A stretch of 64,000 nt of DNA from Adineta vaga (taxonomy: Eukaryota; Animalia; Rotifera): contig CP075495.1 of NCBI GenBank assembly GCA_021613535.1, forward strand, positions 8,928,001-8,992,000. Reading direction: 5' to 3'. Both the position numbers and the translations under genes were made by a program. The notes below the pieces were generated by a model. That model was not told the origin of the DNA. It did not search any database and was given only the letters and a program-made list of their open reading frames with translations. Positions 14,769-29,138 of this stretch are shown here, piece after piece (within the stretch, counting starts at the first letter, position 1; each line of letters opens with the position of its first letter).

Positions 14769-15992
14769 AGAACGTAAAAACCAAAAGAATAAGAAATCCA
14801 TGTCTCATCATACATTTTTTTTGTCTTGTTATTATTATTATTCTAATTATTTTATTTCCTTACAAGAAAAAACATACTTATCTACATATATGATGAGAAA
14901 AGAAATAAAATAAAAAACATGATTAATGGACTATCATTTTTGTTTCTGAAATATGTTAATTACTAATGATAAGGATATTTTCTTCGAAATGATTCCTTTG
15001 TAAAAGGACCTTTTAGAAATGTAAATAGAAAATATTGATTTGAGATCATATTTTTTGAATATTTAATAATACGAAAGAATTCTTACAACTAATCGATATA
15101 AATATTTTTCTTTATTCTGAAAAAATACACCTTGTAGGAAGTGAAATTCTACATTGCAAAAAGAAAATAACTTGGCATAATTCCCATTTTGACATAACAT
15201 CATAGAAGAAAGGAAAGAAAAAAATCTAAGCGTTTGTGAATATCATGATTTTTCGACGATGTGTGTCATCGGTTAAACAGTAGACAAGGTATGCGGTAAA
15301 GTGACGAGAAGGCGAGAGAAAGATGAAAAACAAGAAAAAAAAACATACGTCTGGCGACGAACATCTAGTTCAAGAGAGAGAAAGAAAAATATGGTTCGAT
15401 GTCTCTTCTCGTTATTGATTGGTTGTGCGCTTTTATTCATACGTAAGGCATAAGGCAAAGAAAGAAAAGAATGAATAGAAGTTAGCACAGCTGATGATGA
15501 GACCATAATAAATAAATAAAACAAAATGCAAAACAATGTTTTCTTGTCAATTGAAACATTCGATCTGTGTCTATATATGTTCAGTTAATATCAATGTATT
15601 TACATCATCTTCTATTATAACAAACTTCACATCGAAACAATATTAAAATTAGATACGCTGTTTATTTGTTTCGATTATTTATTTTTACAAGAAAATATAT
15701 TCGACTGTTTCTCTTCTTTTTTTTTACATCAGTTCTTTTCTATGATGAATTTATATTGCAACTGATCAAAGAAATAAAAAAGAGAAGAAGAAGAAGAAGA
15801 AAAATTACATCGGACACAAACATTTCTTCCAAATTTCATCGTTTCGACGACAACGACGAAACATCATATTCAGGTAAAAGAAGAGAGGAGAAAAAAATAG
15901 AAGAGAAGGTCTATACATATTATTCTTGATACTATAATAAACTATTACTGTTACTATTAATGAATTGTCGACGTTGTCTTTTTTAGAGCATC

Positions 15993-18900
15993 ATGTTACA
16001 AACATTATTATCACTGATCTGTATCTTTATTTGTGTAAGTTCAAATAACTGATTTATAGTTTCGAAGAAAAAAAACGACATGTCTTTTTTGTTGTTGTTG
16101 TATAGATTGAATATACTTCATCAAAATGCATTTGGTATGAAGGTATTCGTGATGGATTTAACCAAGCTTACCCAAATGGTGAACCAAAACCTTTACCATT
16201 AGAAGATATCAGTTTATTAAATGAAATGTGTCCACATATTGTTACTCGTGAAGGTTAAATTGTTCTTGATGTAATTCGAATGCAATTTTTTGTCTTTTTC
16301 AGGAGTTTCTCCAAATTTATGTTGTGATAGAAAACAATTAGCAGAAATGCAGAAATTTAAATATATTATTGACAATTTAATCGGTCGATGTCCATCATGT
16401 TATTTTAATTTCTTACGAATATTTTGTGAAATGTCTTGTAATCCAGATCATGATCAATTTATTTCGCCATTGGAATATTTAAATATTACTCGACCATCGG
16501 AACAAACAAGTATGAATAAAGATGACAATGAAGAGGTTATTCGAAATGATTGGGCTTTACACGATTATGTTGATCCCGACGAAGAAGGAGAAGAAAAAGA
16601 TGCTGATGAAAAAGTTACATCAAAAGCAATTTCAAAACCACTTGAAATAGTTCGAGTAATAACAAAAATTCGATATTTTATTTCTGAACAACAAGCAAAT
16701 GATTTCATTGCTTCTTGCTGGTAATCATTTAGAAAAATAACCTTTTGTTTTTTCAAAACATTTCTCTTGTCCATAGGAGTGTTCGTATTAATTTTCAGTA
16801 TGCTGTTGATATTCTCTGTGGATCATTGAATCGTGCTTGTGATGTGAAAAAATTATTTCAATATATTGGTTTAAAAAATACTCAATCACCAATTAAAATT
16901 GATTTCGTTTTTGTTAATAATACTCATTATGATCAAGAACTTCGACGAACATTTCGACCATCGAATGCCACCATGTTTGCCTGTGATCAACCAGTTATCT
17001 TACCGCATGTATCTCGACAGAAGTGTACTTGTATGGATTGTAATGCCATGTGTCCGAAAATTCCAGAAATAAAAATCAAGAATTCTATTACCGTCAATAG
17101 TACATTCGTGGAAAAAGTGAAAGCAAAATTATATAATCTTCCTCGAATAACAATGATTGCTATTGGAATGTATATAATCTTTGTATTGACATTTATATTT
17201 TCCAATATATTATTATCTCTTTGGAATTTTACAAGTAAAAAGAAGAAAGAATTTATAAAAAGTAAAACATTGTTGCTTTTGAATGTAGAAGAAATTTAAA
17301 TCATTTTTAATAATTAGATATTCGAAGCGAAAAATCAGCGGAAGGTGAACAAGAACAAATGAATACAAATGGTGTTCATAATGTAGAAGATGAAATCGAA
17401 TCGGAAACATCATTTGGTGATGATAGATCGGGATGTTTTGATCGATTAGGAGTGAAAATTGATGATACATTACATCAAATATTTACAGCGTATGTACTTA
17501 AATAAATAATCAAATTATTTTGTCAACAATTCTATATTTTATTTAGTATCGGTGAATTTTGTGCTTATAATCCATTATATACAATTGTACCGGTGTTGGT
17601 AATTTTAGTATTACTATGTTTTGGTAGCCGTTATTATACAGTTACAACGGATCCAGTTGATCTTTGGGTAGCATCAAATTCTCGTGCACGCCTTGAAAAA
17701 GCTTATTATGATGAAAAATTCGGGTAAGAAATTATTTTGATCGAAATTTTAATGTTCTAAGATGTTGGTTTTAGACCTTTCTATCGTATTGCACATTTGA
17801 TACTTGTACCAAAAAATAAAAATAATGCAACACTTCGATATAAAACACCATTAGAAGCCGAAGAGAAATATACATTTGGTCCTGTTTTCGAACGAAATTT
17901 TCTTCTTGATGCATTACGTTTACAATTATTTCTCGAAAATTTCAATGTCACCTCGGAATCTGGTCAACCTATTTATTTAAATAATACATGTTATAAACCA
18001 CTTGAGCCTGACAATAGGAATTGTGCTATCTTTTCATTATTTCAATATCATCAAAATAATTTAACTTTTCTACTCAATGAACCACTTTATCCATCACAAT
18101 ATCTTGAATGTATGCAAGCACCATTAACACAACAAACAAAATCATTTCAACGAACATGTATGGGTAAATTCGGGGGTCCAATTGATCCCTATATGGTTCT
18201 TGGTGCATTTCCAACACATGACGGTGTACCAGATTATGCTAAAGCTCAAGCATTAATCATAACGATAACTATTAATAATCAACGTAAAACCAATCAACGA
18301 GATAATGAACAATTAAATAATGCACTTCTATGGGAAAAATATTTCTTAGAATATATGCAAACATATCGTTCAAAATGGTTTGATGTGAAATATCGTGCTG
18401 AACGATCAATCGAAGATGAAATTGAACGAGAATCGAAATCCGATATTAAAACTGTACTTATATCGTACTTGATTATGTTCTTATATATAGCCGTGGCATT
18501 AGGTCGTATAAGAAACTTTCGACATCTTTTAGTTGATATGAAAGTATCATTGGGTATTGCTGGCGTAGCATTAGTTACTCTTAGTGTTTGGGCAAGTGTT
18601 GGCGTTTTTTCATATATGAGAATACCAACGACATTAATTATATTTGAAGTTATACCATTTCTTGTGTTAGCTGTGGGTGTTGGTAAGTAAATCGAAATTT
18701 TGAATTTTAAATATTCATTTCTTAAGATAATATCTTATTGAGTAAAACTATATATAGTGATCGAGGCAGAATAGAAATTAATTATTGTACCTAAAGGTTT
18801 ATTTAAAATAGAAAAGATTAAGAAATTGACCTTGAAAGATGACGTAGTTACGCTTTCTTATATGCGTAAGATTTATAATAGTTTCGTGAAGGACAATTTT

Positions 18901-21256
18901 TTCCTTAAGAGAATAAAGTCTTTAGGATACAATAAAAAGATCTATTCATCCTTGTGAAATCTTAATATTTTGTGAAAGAATTATTGTTCTGAGAATCTGA
19001 GATAAATTTGTCTTTTTTTCAATAGATAATATATTCATTTTAACTCAATCAATACAACGTGATCGACGTTTACCTGGTGAAGATGTTGAAACACAAATTG
19101 GTCGTATAGTTGGTCGTGTTGGTCCAGCTATGTTATTAACATCTGTATCTGAAAGTATCGCATTTTTTCTCGGTGCACTAACTCCAATGCCAGCTGTTCG
19201 TTTATTCAGTTTATATGCAGCTCTATCTGTACTTATTGATTTTCTTCTACAAATCACCGTTTTCGTTACATTTATAACGCTTGATCATAAACGAACAATT
19301 GAAAATCGTATTGATGTGTTTTGTTGTTTACAAATATCTCGTGAACAAGATGAAAATAGTTTATTTCCCAAAATCAAATGGTATCGTCGAAAATCTGATG
19401 CTGATAAAGATATCGAAAATTGCAATCCACAAGAAACACCATTACAAGAAAAGAAATCCGATGAAGCACAGACTAGTAGTCTTCGACAAGCATCAATTAT
19501 AGAACCATGTGAAGAACATTTAATGGAAATGGATGGATTTTTATTTGGATTATTTAAACGCTATTATGCTCCATTTATTATGAATCGTCATGTACGACCA
19601 ACAGTAATATTCTTATTTTTTACTTGGCTTGCAGCAAGTATTGCATTACTACCATATGTAAAAGTTGGTCTCGACCAAAATATAACTATGCCAAAAGATT
19701 CCTATATGATCGATTATTTTTCTGCATTGAAAGAATATTTTGCTGTTGGACCACCAGTTTATTTCATCATTAAACCAGGTAAATAAAAAGATTTTGGTCA
19801 CAGAGAAATATCAAATCCTTTCTTTTTTTTTAAATTTAGGAATTAATTATGCGAATAACAATGCAAGTAATTTGATTTGTGCTAGTTCTGGTTGTTCATC
19901 ACAGTCTATGGCAAATCAATTGGGTATCGCATCACTTCGTCCAACTGAAACTCGTATTTCACAAGTTGGTACAACATGGTTAGATGATTATTATGATTGG
20001 TTACGTCATCGTGGTTCCACACCTTGTTGTCGTTTATATAATAATACGGGAGCATTTTGTTCAACAAATGCTCCATCATCTGCGAAATGTTTTGCTTGCT
20101 CACGTAGTACAACACGTGAAAGTTTAACTGCAAATGAATTTCATCAATTTTTACCATATTTCTTACAAGATAATCCAAATCCAAAATGTGCAAAAGGTGG
20201 ACATGCAGCACATGGTAATAGTGTTGCATTATTTGGACGAAATAAATCCGTTGAAACAAGTCTTATTATGGGTTATCATAGTTTATTAATATCTTCGAAT
20301 GATTTTATTGAAGCAATGCAACAAGCTTATATTGTAACAGATAATATTACACGAACATTAAAATCATCTGGTTATGATGTAGAAGTATTTCCATATAGGT
20401 AGAAGAGACGAAAATTATTGCTGATCTTATATTTATTCGAATTTTTTCCTTCTATTTTAGTATATTTTATGTCTTCTATGAACAATATTTAACTATCTGG
20501 CATGATGTGTTTATGAATTTAACAATATCAGCAGCAGCTATCTTTGTTGTGACATTTATTTTACTCGGTTTTGATATTATTTCAGCGTTTATAATCACAT
20601 TAACCATTGCTATGTAAGATAACTAGGTTCTTTTTTTTTGATCGAAGAGGAAAAGAAATATCTCCTTTTTTTTTCCTCATTAGGATAACTTGTGATATGA
20701 TTGCTATGATGTATATATGGAATATCGAAATGAATGCTATTTCATTGGTTAATCTTGTCATGTCAGTTGGCATATCTCTAGAATTTTGTGCTCATATATG
20801 TCGTGATTTTATTCTATCAGCAAAAGGTTCACGTTTAAAACGTGCCGAAAAAGCATTAGCTTATATGGGTAGTTCGGTATGTAAACTTGATAAATGAAAT
20901 GAAATTTGACATTTAAAAAACAAAATCGATTTTCTTCTAGGTTTTTAGTGGTATAACTTTAACTAAAATTGGTGGTATTGTAGTACTTGGCTTTTCACAT
21001 TCCCAACTTTTTCATATATTTTATTTTCGAATGTTTATTTGCATCGTTTCATTTGGTGCTGCACATGGCTTAATATTTCTGCCTGTTTTACTCAGTTATA
21101 TTGGTAAGAATTTTTCTTCATACATATAGATTTTGAATGATATTCGATTTAGGTCCCAGTCCAAATGGTATTCGTAAAACTCGAATACAAAATCAACGAT
21201 CATTAAACAAATCACTCCACTTACAAACAAAATTATCATCCACTGAAATATCTTAA
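15993..21256 (+). CDS. NPC1: Niemann-Pick C1 family lysosomal sterol transporter, multi-exon
   Basis: Signal peptide, Cys-rich NTD ([13 protein letters not shown]), [20 protein letters not shown], sterol-sensing domain ([18 protein letters not shown]), [23 protein letters not shown] and VFSGITLTK. Confidence 0.95.
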
Positions 21257-22606
21257 ATTAGGCATTTTTTTCTCATGAAGATGGTCTGTTTGTAAATCTG
21301 AAATCTCATTCTGTTAATTCGAGAGAATCTCTAAACCGGTCCATCCCCATATCTTATTGATATTCTAGTGTATTCACCTCTATTTTCTTTTGTTGTCCCA
21401 TGTCCGCCTCGCCGTCCATTTTCGTCTGTGTACAGTTTATTATTAAAACAAATTTGTTTCTCTTTTTCATTTCTTTGTGATTCATTTTTTGTCCTTCATA
21501 TGTCAAAAGAAAACAGCAGAAAACAAGTAGGAAATTTTTTATGAGTCTTTGTCAGTTGCTTTTTTTTTCTCCGAAAAGAACAAGGAATATGTTTATATCT
21601 AATCACCATCCAATGACATGTATGTCAATGACAAGTCAGATGATGATATTTTTTCCGCTTTCTCTATGTATGATTCTACTCGCTTTTCTCTGAAAGCTCT
21701 CTACTATTTGATCTATTTTATTTTCCGTTTGTCTATAGTCTATTCATGTTATTTATTTGTTTTTCTTTTTCCATTGTCTATGTTTTCTTTTTATTTTCGC
21801 ATTTTTTCTTCATTTGTTTTATCTCATTTTTCAACTTTTTTGTTGTTATTTATATTCAGTTCACATTGCGGACATTTGATTTAAAAAAGAAAAAAATATA
21901 TATACACAAACATTAGATGAACATTTTTCCATTATGTAATAGTTCGATTTCTCATGAGAGAAAGTTATTCGATAGAATCCTTCAACGTTCATTAGAATTC
22001 AATAATACAATTATTCCTATAGATATCATTTAAATGGAAAGGATAGTGATATATATATATATATGGTATAAAATTTATGAAGATGAATATAAATAGAAAA
22101 GTTACGCTCTTTTGACCTTCTGATAAAAACATTTACTTATGATTTCATTATTCAAAAACCTACTTTATATTCAATATCCTTTCTATATCAATCATCTATC
22201 AAAATATTCAACCGATAGAGATCATTCCATATTTATCATTTCCTATCAAAGTAATGCTTCAGAAAAATAAGCTTTTTTTCGTAAATCTTCTCATATAACC
22301 TACAATAACTTTCATTCTCTTCTATCATATGTAAATATACATACATTGATTCCACTTCAATAAATCATTGCAATTAATATGCATAAAATGCCATTTTATT
22401 ATTCTTCAATGGATGAATTTTTTTTTCTTCCTCAATTAAGCAACGTACACTTCATTATTATCAAGCACAGAGAGAAAAAAAAACATAAAAAAAAAGAAAA
22501 AAAACGAAAACTGACATATAGAGTTTCTGATTTTGTTCTTTGTTGAAATATGAGAACAGATATACCTTTGTATGTGTTTTTTTTATATACAAAACAAAAG
22601 ATTGTA

Positions 22607-24536
22607 TTATAATTGACGATCAATATCAGATACAATCAATGGTTTAGTTAGATAGAGTTTATTATTTTGATCAGCATCATAAACCGGATGTGTTTTATAA
22701 TGATCAATTAATTCATATAAAGATTTAAATGAACGTTTACCAATAATATATCGATGTTCATTATGGGATAATTCAATACGAAAATGACGAATAGTATCAA
22801 AATCATCACGAATACTTAAGGAACAATTTCCCATCTAGAATAGAAAAGAACATTATTTCATTCGTCTTTTCTCGATTAAATTCAATTCTTTAAACATACT
22901 CGTCGTTCACTGTCTCGTATAAGAAAATCTCCTTTTTCATTTCCATATGATTTCAAATATTTTTCTGCTTCATCACGAGTTAATAAACCATAATACCAAC
23001 ATTCATTTCTGTAGGGAGAATGATTCAATGTTAAATTTTGAAATGTTTCATTGATGATGGGTGATGATGGATAGATTTTATGTTGTAATAATGTTGATGC
23101 TGAATTCAATTTTTTTTCATCATTGAAACTATTAGTATTCGTTACATTACATGTATCAAGTCTTCCATCTGAATGAGTCAATTTCGATGGTTTGATAACG
23201 AATGCATAATCATCATTCGATTTCGGAATATGTAGTGGATGGGAATTATGACGAATTTGTTGATGATTATCAGTTAGATTTGAATTTGCACTACTCGATG
23301 ATGAAAGACCGTTCGATGATGATGATGATGGACAATTGTGTTGGGTATTTATTTGATTTAATAAAGTAAGAGAACTCAAACTATCCGACGTTTTCTAGAA
23401 ATGAATGAATAGAATATTTCTCATCTATAAAATCTTATTCATATCTACTTCGATTAGATAATTTGATGGAAACCATCCACGTTGTTTTTCATACTGTACT
23501 AACCACCAACCATCTGCTTTTTTTTGTAAAATATTCACCCATATACCAACACTTAAACTTATTTCATCTTCACTAGAAGAGAATCAATTGCCTATTTATA
23601 TTTCATTGAAATGAATATGTTTCATATACCTTTCAGCATCATAATGAAATTTCACAAGTGCAGAGGAAATAAAACGATCATTATGACAAATTGTACTTAG
23701 AACTTGTTTTTTACCAATACGTTTTGATATAATTTTATCCAAAAGAGAACGTTTTTCACGTCGAGCAAAATTTGATGGAATGTATCTAAATATAAAGATT
23801 CGCTTCTTTGATTATATCTACTAGAAGAAAATCTTCTCATTAGATGATATACACAATGATTTACATCATTATATCAATGTATATTTATATGAAAGATGAG
23901 ACAGTTGTGTATACTTTAAAAAATGACAGAAAGATGAACTCTTTAAGTAACGATTATATGATCAAGAAGAATCAGTCATCTTATTGTTTCCCAGATGGAT
24001 ATTATTGATCATCAGATAATCATTCGATCGAATAATCATTCTTATAAAGGAAAATGAAATTAAAAAAGAAAAGAGAAATTGCTTTGGAAAAAAATGTACA
24101 ACTCAAGGGATTTGAATCGTTCATTTATATATATAGATACGTATTGATTAAATATATGATCACGAAATTGTTCGATGGATTAAAAGAAGGAATTATTTCT
24201 AATAAATAAATGACAACTACGTTATGTTTCGATAGACTTACCCTGTATCATCCGAATCGACACGTTTTACTTTCCACCAGAGACATGTGTCATCAAGTAA
24301 TAGAAGACGTTCATTTTTACTAATAGTTAATTCATGACTTTCTTGTGCATTGTAATTAAATTTTGCCACTACAATCTCACCACTATCTAATTACAGGAAA
24401 AAGAATCAAAAGAAAATGAAGCATTACTAATATATCAATCAAATTAATTATACTTACTAATACTACTATTATTTTCTTGCATATTGGTAGAAATATCGAC
24501 GGCATTCGATCTACAATAAATATCGTGCATTGACAT
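22607..24536 (-). CDS. NCK: Nck/Dock-like SH3-SH3-SH2 adaptor, multi-exon
   Basis: SH3-1 [42 protein letters not shown]3-2 [29 protein letters not shown]2 [17 protein letters not shown]. Confidence 0.8.
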
Positions 24537-26200
24537 CTCGTTTCTTCTCTCTCTATGTGTATATGTATTAAAGAGAAACAGTACGAGAAAGAGGAGAGAA
24601 AAAGAAAAGAAACTGGCACTGTCAATTTACTTTTACATAAATCGCTTTTTTCCTTATCTACATTGACGAGTGACGAACGAAGATTTTTTTTTCTAAATAC
24701 TCTTCAACAATCAAGAAAAGAAAAAATAACATATAATATACATTCAGTTTATGGTCGAATGAATGATGTCACTCAAAAAAAAAAGAGTTGATTTGACGGG
24801 TGCCCAAGCTCCTTCTCGCTCTCTCTACATATGTGTATATGTATATAAAAATGGTACAGTTACGTGCTTACTCACTGTCGTTCATTTTCTCTCTTCTATT
24901 TGCCTTGATACAATGTACAATGGATCAAATTTTTTTCTCTTCTTTTAATCGAATGTTCATATGAAAAAAAAGAAAGAAGAAAAGAAAAACCTTGACAAAA
25001 CACTCGAGGTAGTTGACTTTCGTAGGTCATAAAACAGTTTTTATGAATGAATAAAAAGTATGTCGAGAATATGAATGAGAATCAAGAAATTTTTCAAAGA
25101 ATAGTAATAGTTACCACGATAAGATATTGTATATCTCATACAAATCAATGAACAATCTTAGTTTCAATATAAGATTTCAATCTTTGTTTTCTATAATAGA
25201 TATCGAAATAATGAATAAGAAAAGAGGATGTACTCTATCACTGTTCTCATTGTCATGATGAAACTATACAATTATAATGAAAATATGAGTGAGAAGAAAA
25301 CGAAAACAAATAGATAAAAGAAAAAATGACGAGACATCTCGGTAACTATTTGAACAAGTCTGTTTGGCTGTCTTTCTCTTTCTATGTATATATATATATT
25401 TATAGAGTGATAATTGCGATGTGAAAATGCATGATCTCTCTTGGGACTATCTTACTGACTATATGTAAATATATATATATATATATAGTTATAAGCAGTA
25501 GCAACTTGTGTTACTGTATTTATTGTTGTTGACACAGATAGATAAAACACATCAATGGACAAGAATAACAGCATAAGAAAAGTATCATTCGAATGAAAAC
25601 TGTACTGCTTGTCAACAATCGATTCACTTCAATTATATCATCTATATCTTATCATAACATATGATAATAACAAAAGAAAAAAAAAGAAGACAAATCAATG
25701 TTTTTTTATCTAACTATCAAATAAAAAAGCATCCTCATCTAAATACATGTACAATATGAATAAAAAATCTATGTACAGTACAGTCATTAAAAATGACAGT
25801 TGGAGGGTAAAGAATGTCGATGAAAAAAATAAACAAGATACCCAGCAATTCATTGGGAGTACGTACCAGATTTGATGAGTTTTCTCTCGACCTCGATTGA
25901 TCCAATTAACACTAACTGATAAAAATAACAAAAACATTTGATATCTTCTTTTCCGGTACTCTCATATAAGAAATAAACACACCATTCAACATACGCACAC
26001 AGGGTCGAATTCATATGTGTTACTATCAATTTCAATGTTAACATTGCTTGTAGCGCTAGATTTGATCTTTTTCTCATTGGTATATTTTTCTGTTCAATTA
26101 AAACTAGGAAATTAAAAAAAAAAGAGTTCTTTGTCTAATCGGACGGCTACTATTTATTTATTCGTAGAACATCTCCATTCTTCAATATATTATCTTCAAT

Positions 26201-27954
26201 ATGTCAGCATCTAACACTCCAAAGTAAATTAACTAATATATTACTAGTATTTTGTATGAGCATAAATAATTATATATTATTTTTAGTCATATACGTCATA
26301 CACCCAAAACAACTCGCGCATATGAGTCAAGTGATGGCGGTACGCCAAGTCCGGCACGTTTTCGATCCAAACGAAATTGTAATAATGAAACTAATGAAAA
26401 GTATGAAATAAAAAAACAACATTTCGAAAAACAAATATTGATACTAAGGAAATTTCAGTTCACAGCGACGAAATAAATATCATCCATACCAAGCACCTGC
26501 TTGTTTTGATGAAAATGCGAATGATCAGTTTCATGATGAAAATCATCGGTAAATAAGAGATAGCAAACCATTTTCTTTCTACAAGATAATTATCTACTGA
26601 ATAGAACACCAAGTAAATTATCAACACCAAATAATCGACCAAATAAATTGAATATTAGAAATGATGACAGACCAAGAACACCAAAACCAAGGTAATGAAG
26701 AGTGTGTTTTCAAATGATTATTTCATACATGTTTTTGTTTTCAGTTTCGAAGAAGAACAACAAGAACTACAAAAATCACTATCAAAAGATTGGTGTGATA
26801 AAATGGACAATGAAGAAGCAGAAGAAAAAAAATTACATAGGTAATTTTAAAACAGAACTATTTATCATCAACTTACTTTCTTTTTATATATCTTCAGTTT
26901 TATACTTTATTTAAAACAATTTTCTGTTCATGCAAATAAAACAACAGAAGAAATTCTTGCCTCTATTGAATGTTGTCCGAAAGGTTGGATAAAATACATT
27001 GCTAATGTCTATTTTATGTTGATATTTAATTGTAGAACTTCTACGACGACAAAAAGAAATCAGTAAAGGAAAATTATCCAAAGCATATGAAGCATATACA
27101 TCGGCTGTTCCTCGGTATATTCATTGTTTTTTGTTTTGAATGTGATGGTTTAGTGTATGTTTACTTTTATATCCAAAGAAAATCTCGTGCACGACAACAT
27201 CCACGTACACCATGCAAATATGCAAAAATGTCTCGGCGTGGATTTGATGGAGCGATCAAAGCATGGCGTCGAAAACTTCATGAATTTGGTGCAGATAAGT
27301 ATGTTTTGTTCATGTTTAATTTGTACATATGAAAGTTAGAAATCTCATCGTTTCTCGACATAACAACGATAGCAGTATACTTTTGTTAACTCTAATTGAT
27401 ACGATCTATTTCTAATAGGTATTGGTAACTGTGAATATTTTGAGATAATGGAATATAAATTGTATTGTTCTTTTGTTTTGGAGTGGTACTGAGTATGTTG
27501 AAAAGGTGAATGGATTGGATAAACTGATGAGATTGAGAAAAATTGCATTATAAGAGTTACGTCTCTTCATCTATTGTATTCTTTCAATTTATTTGAGTAA
27601 GATCTTTTACATTCATATAAGATCTAATATGGTCAATTTCGAAAATTTGAAACTAAATTTTTATTTAGAACGAAAGAAAATGGTGGTAATGATGATGATT
27701 CAATTTCTTTATCATCATCGTCACAACGTAGTGATGGTTATTCAACACCATCATCAGCATCCATAAGCATGGATGATATCGATGAAAATTTCTTACCTGA
27801 TCTATATGATTTTGAAGAATCACTTATCGTTCAATCCAATAATGATCAAGATATTGAATTGAAATTTGGTGCATTAGTAGGTGGTGATGTAGCTGATTCA
27901 ATGGATACTATTGTTAACAATGTTGATTCACGTTCAGCGATGGCATTTGATTAA
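26201..27954 (+). CDS. SLBP: Histone mRNA stem-loop binding protein, multi-exon
   Basis: RNA-binding domain LLRRQKEISKGKLSKAYEAY...VPRKSRARQHPRTPCKYAKMSRRGFDGAIKAWRRKLHEF, followed by an acidic C-terminus. Confidence 0.85.
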
Positions 27955-28369
27955 TAGTAATAATAAACGGAAGAAGACAAATCAATGGACATGATGATTA
28001 TTTTGTTATCTTCTATTTTCCTAAATTTACTCGTGTTCATTCGCATCGAATGAGAAAAACTAAGTCCTGAACATCGTCAGATTATTTTTCTTTTTTCTTC
28101 CTTCATTTGTTCCCTATATATTTTTTTGTGCCTGTCTGATATACGTACGTTGTTTGGAATGTTCTTTTCTTTATATTTGTGTGCTGATATTTGTCTTTGT
28201 ATATATTTTTTTCCTGCTTCTTTCATTTAGCTGGTAGATTAAAACAGAAAAAAGATTAAGATCAGCGATGCGTATATGCATTAGCTTATGATATTAATAC
28301 ATCCTTTCACGAAAATGTAAACCATTTTTTTCTTGTTTGATTTGCAGATTGAAGTTTTTTTTTAAGAGA

Positions 28370-29096
28370 ATGATTCATAGTCTATTTATTATTAATGGAT
28401 CAGGGTAAATATTAATGATCAATGAATTATTATTTTATTTTTTAATTTCTTCTATGTAGAGATGTGTTTATGGAAAAACATTGGAAAACTGTAATTGGTA
28501 AATCCATATGTGATTACTTCTTCGAAGCACAGTCAAAAGTAAATGAAAATCTCATAAACTGAAACTTGTAAAGAAATAAGATGATTCTTTTCGTTTTAGT
28601 GTGCCAATTCAGAAGATGTACCACCTGTAATTGCTACGCCTCATCATTATTTAGTCAATATATTTCGTAATAATCTCTATTTTGTTGCCGTACTTACCAA
28701 CGAACGTAAGTGCTCTTCATTAACAAAATTGAAACGAATGATATAGATAAAAAATTTTAGTTGCACCATTATTTGTCATTGAATTTCTTCATCGAATAAT
28801 GGATGTATTCGAAAATTATTTTGGTGAATGTACAGAAACATCACTAAAAGATAATTATGTTATTGTTTATGAAGTAAGACAATTTTGTTAAATATTCTAT
28901 TTTAATTGAATATTTTAGTTATTGGATGAAATGCTTGATTCAGGTTTACCATTGGCAACTGAAACGAATATTTTAAAAGAATTAATTAAACCACCAAATG
29001 TTTTGCGTAAAGTGACAGATATTATTACTGGAGATTCTACGAAGTACGTGATAAAAATGAATTATATATTCATTTCATTTTTAGAATTATTCTATA

Positions 29097-29138
<42 letters not shown>

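Noticed and set aside
19906-20259. Antisense or alternate-frame ORFs overlapping NPC1, ADAD, FoxA, HR4 and RIBC exons
   Set aside because: They are shadows of real coding exons with no independent evidence.
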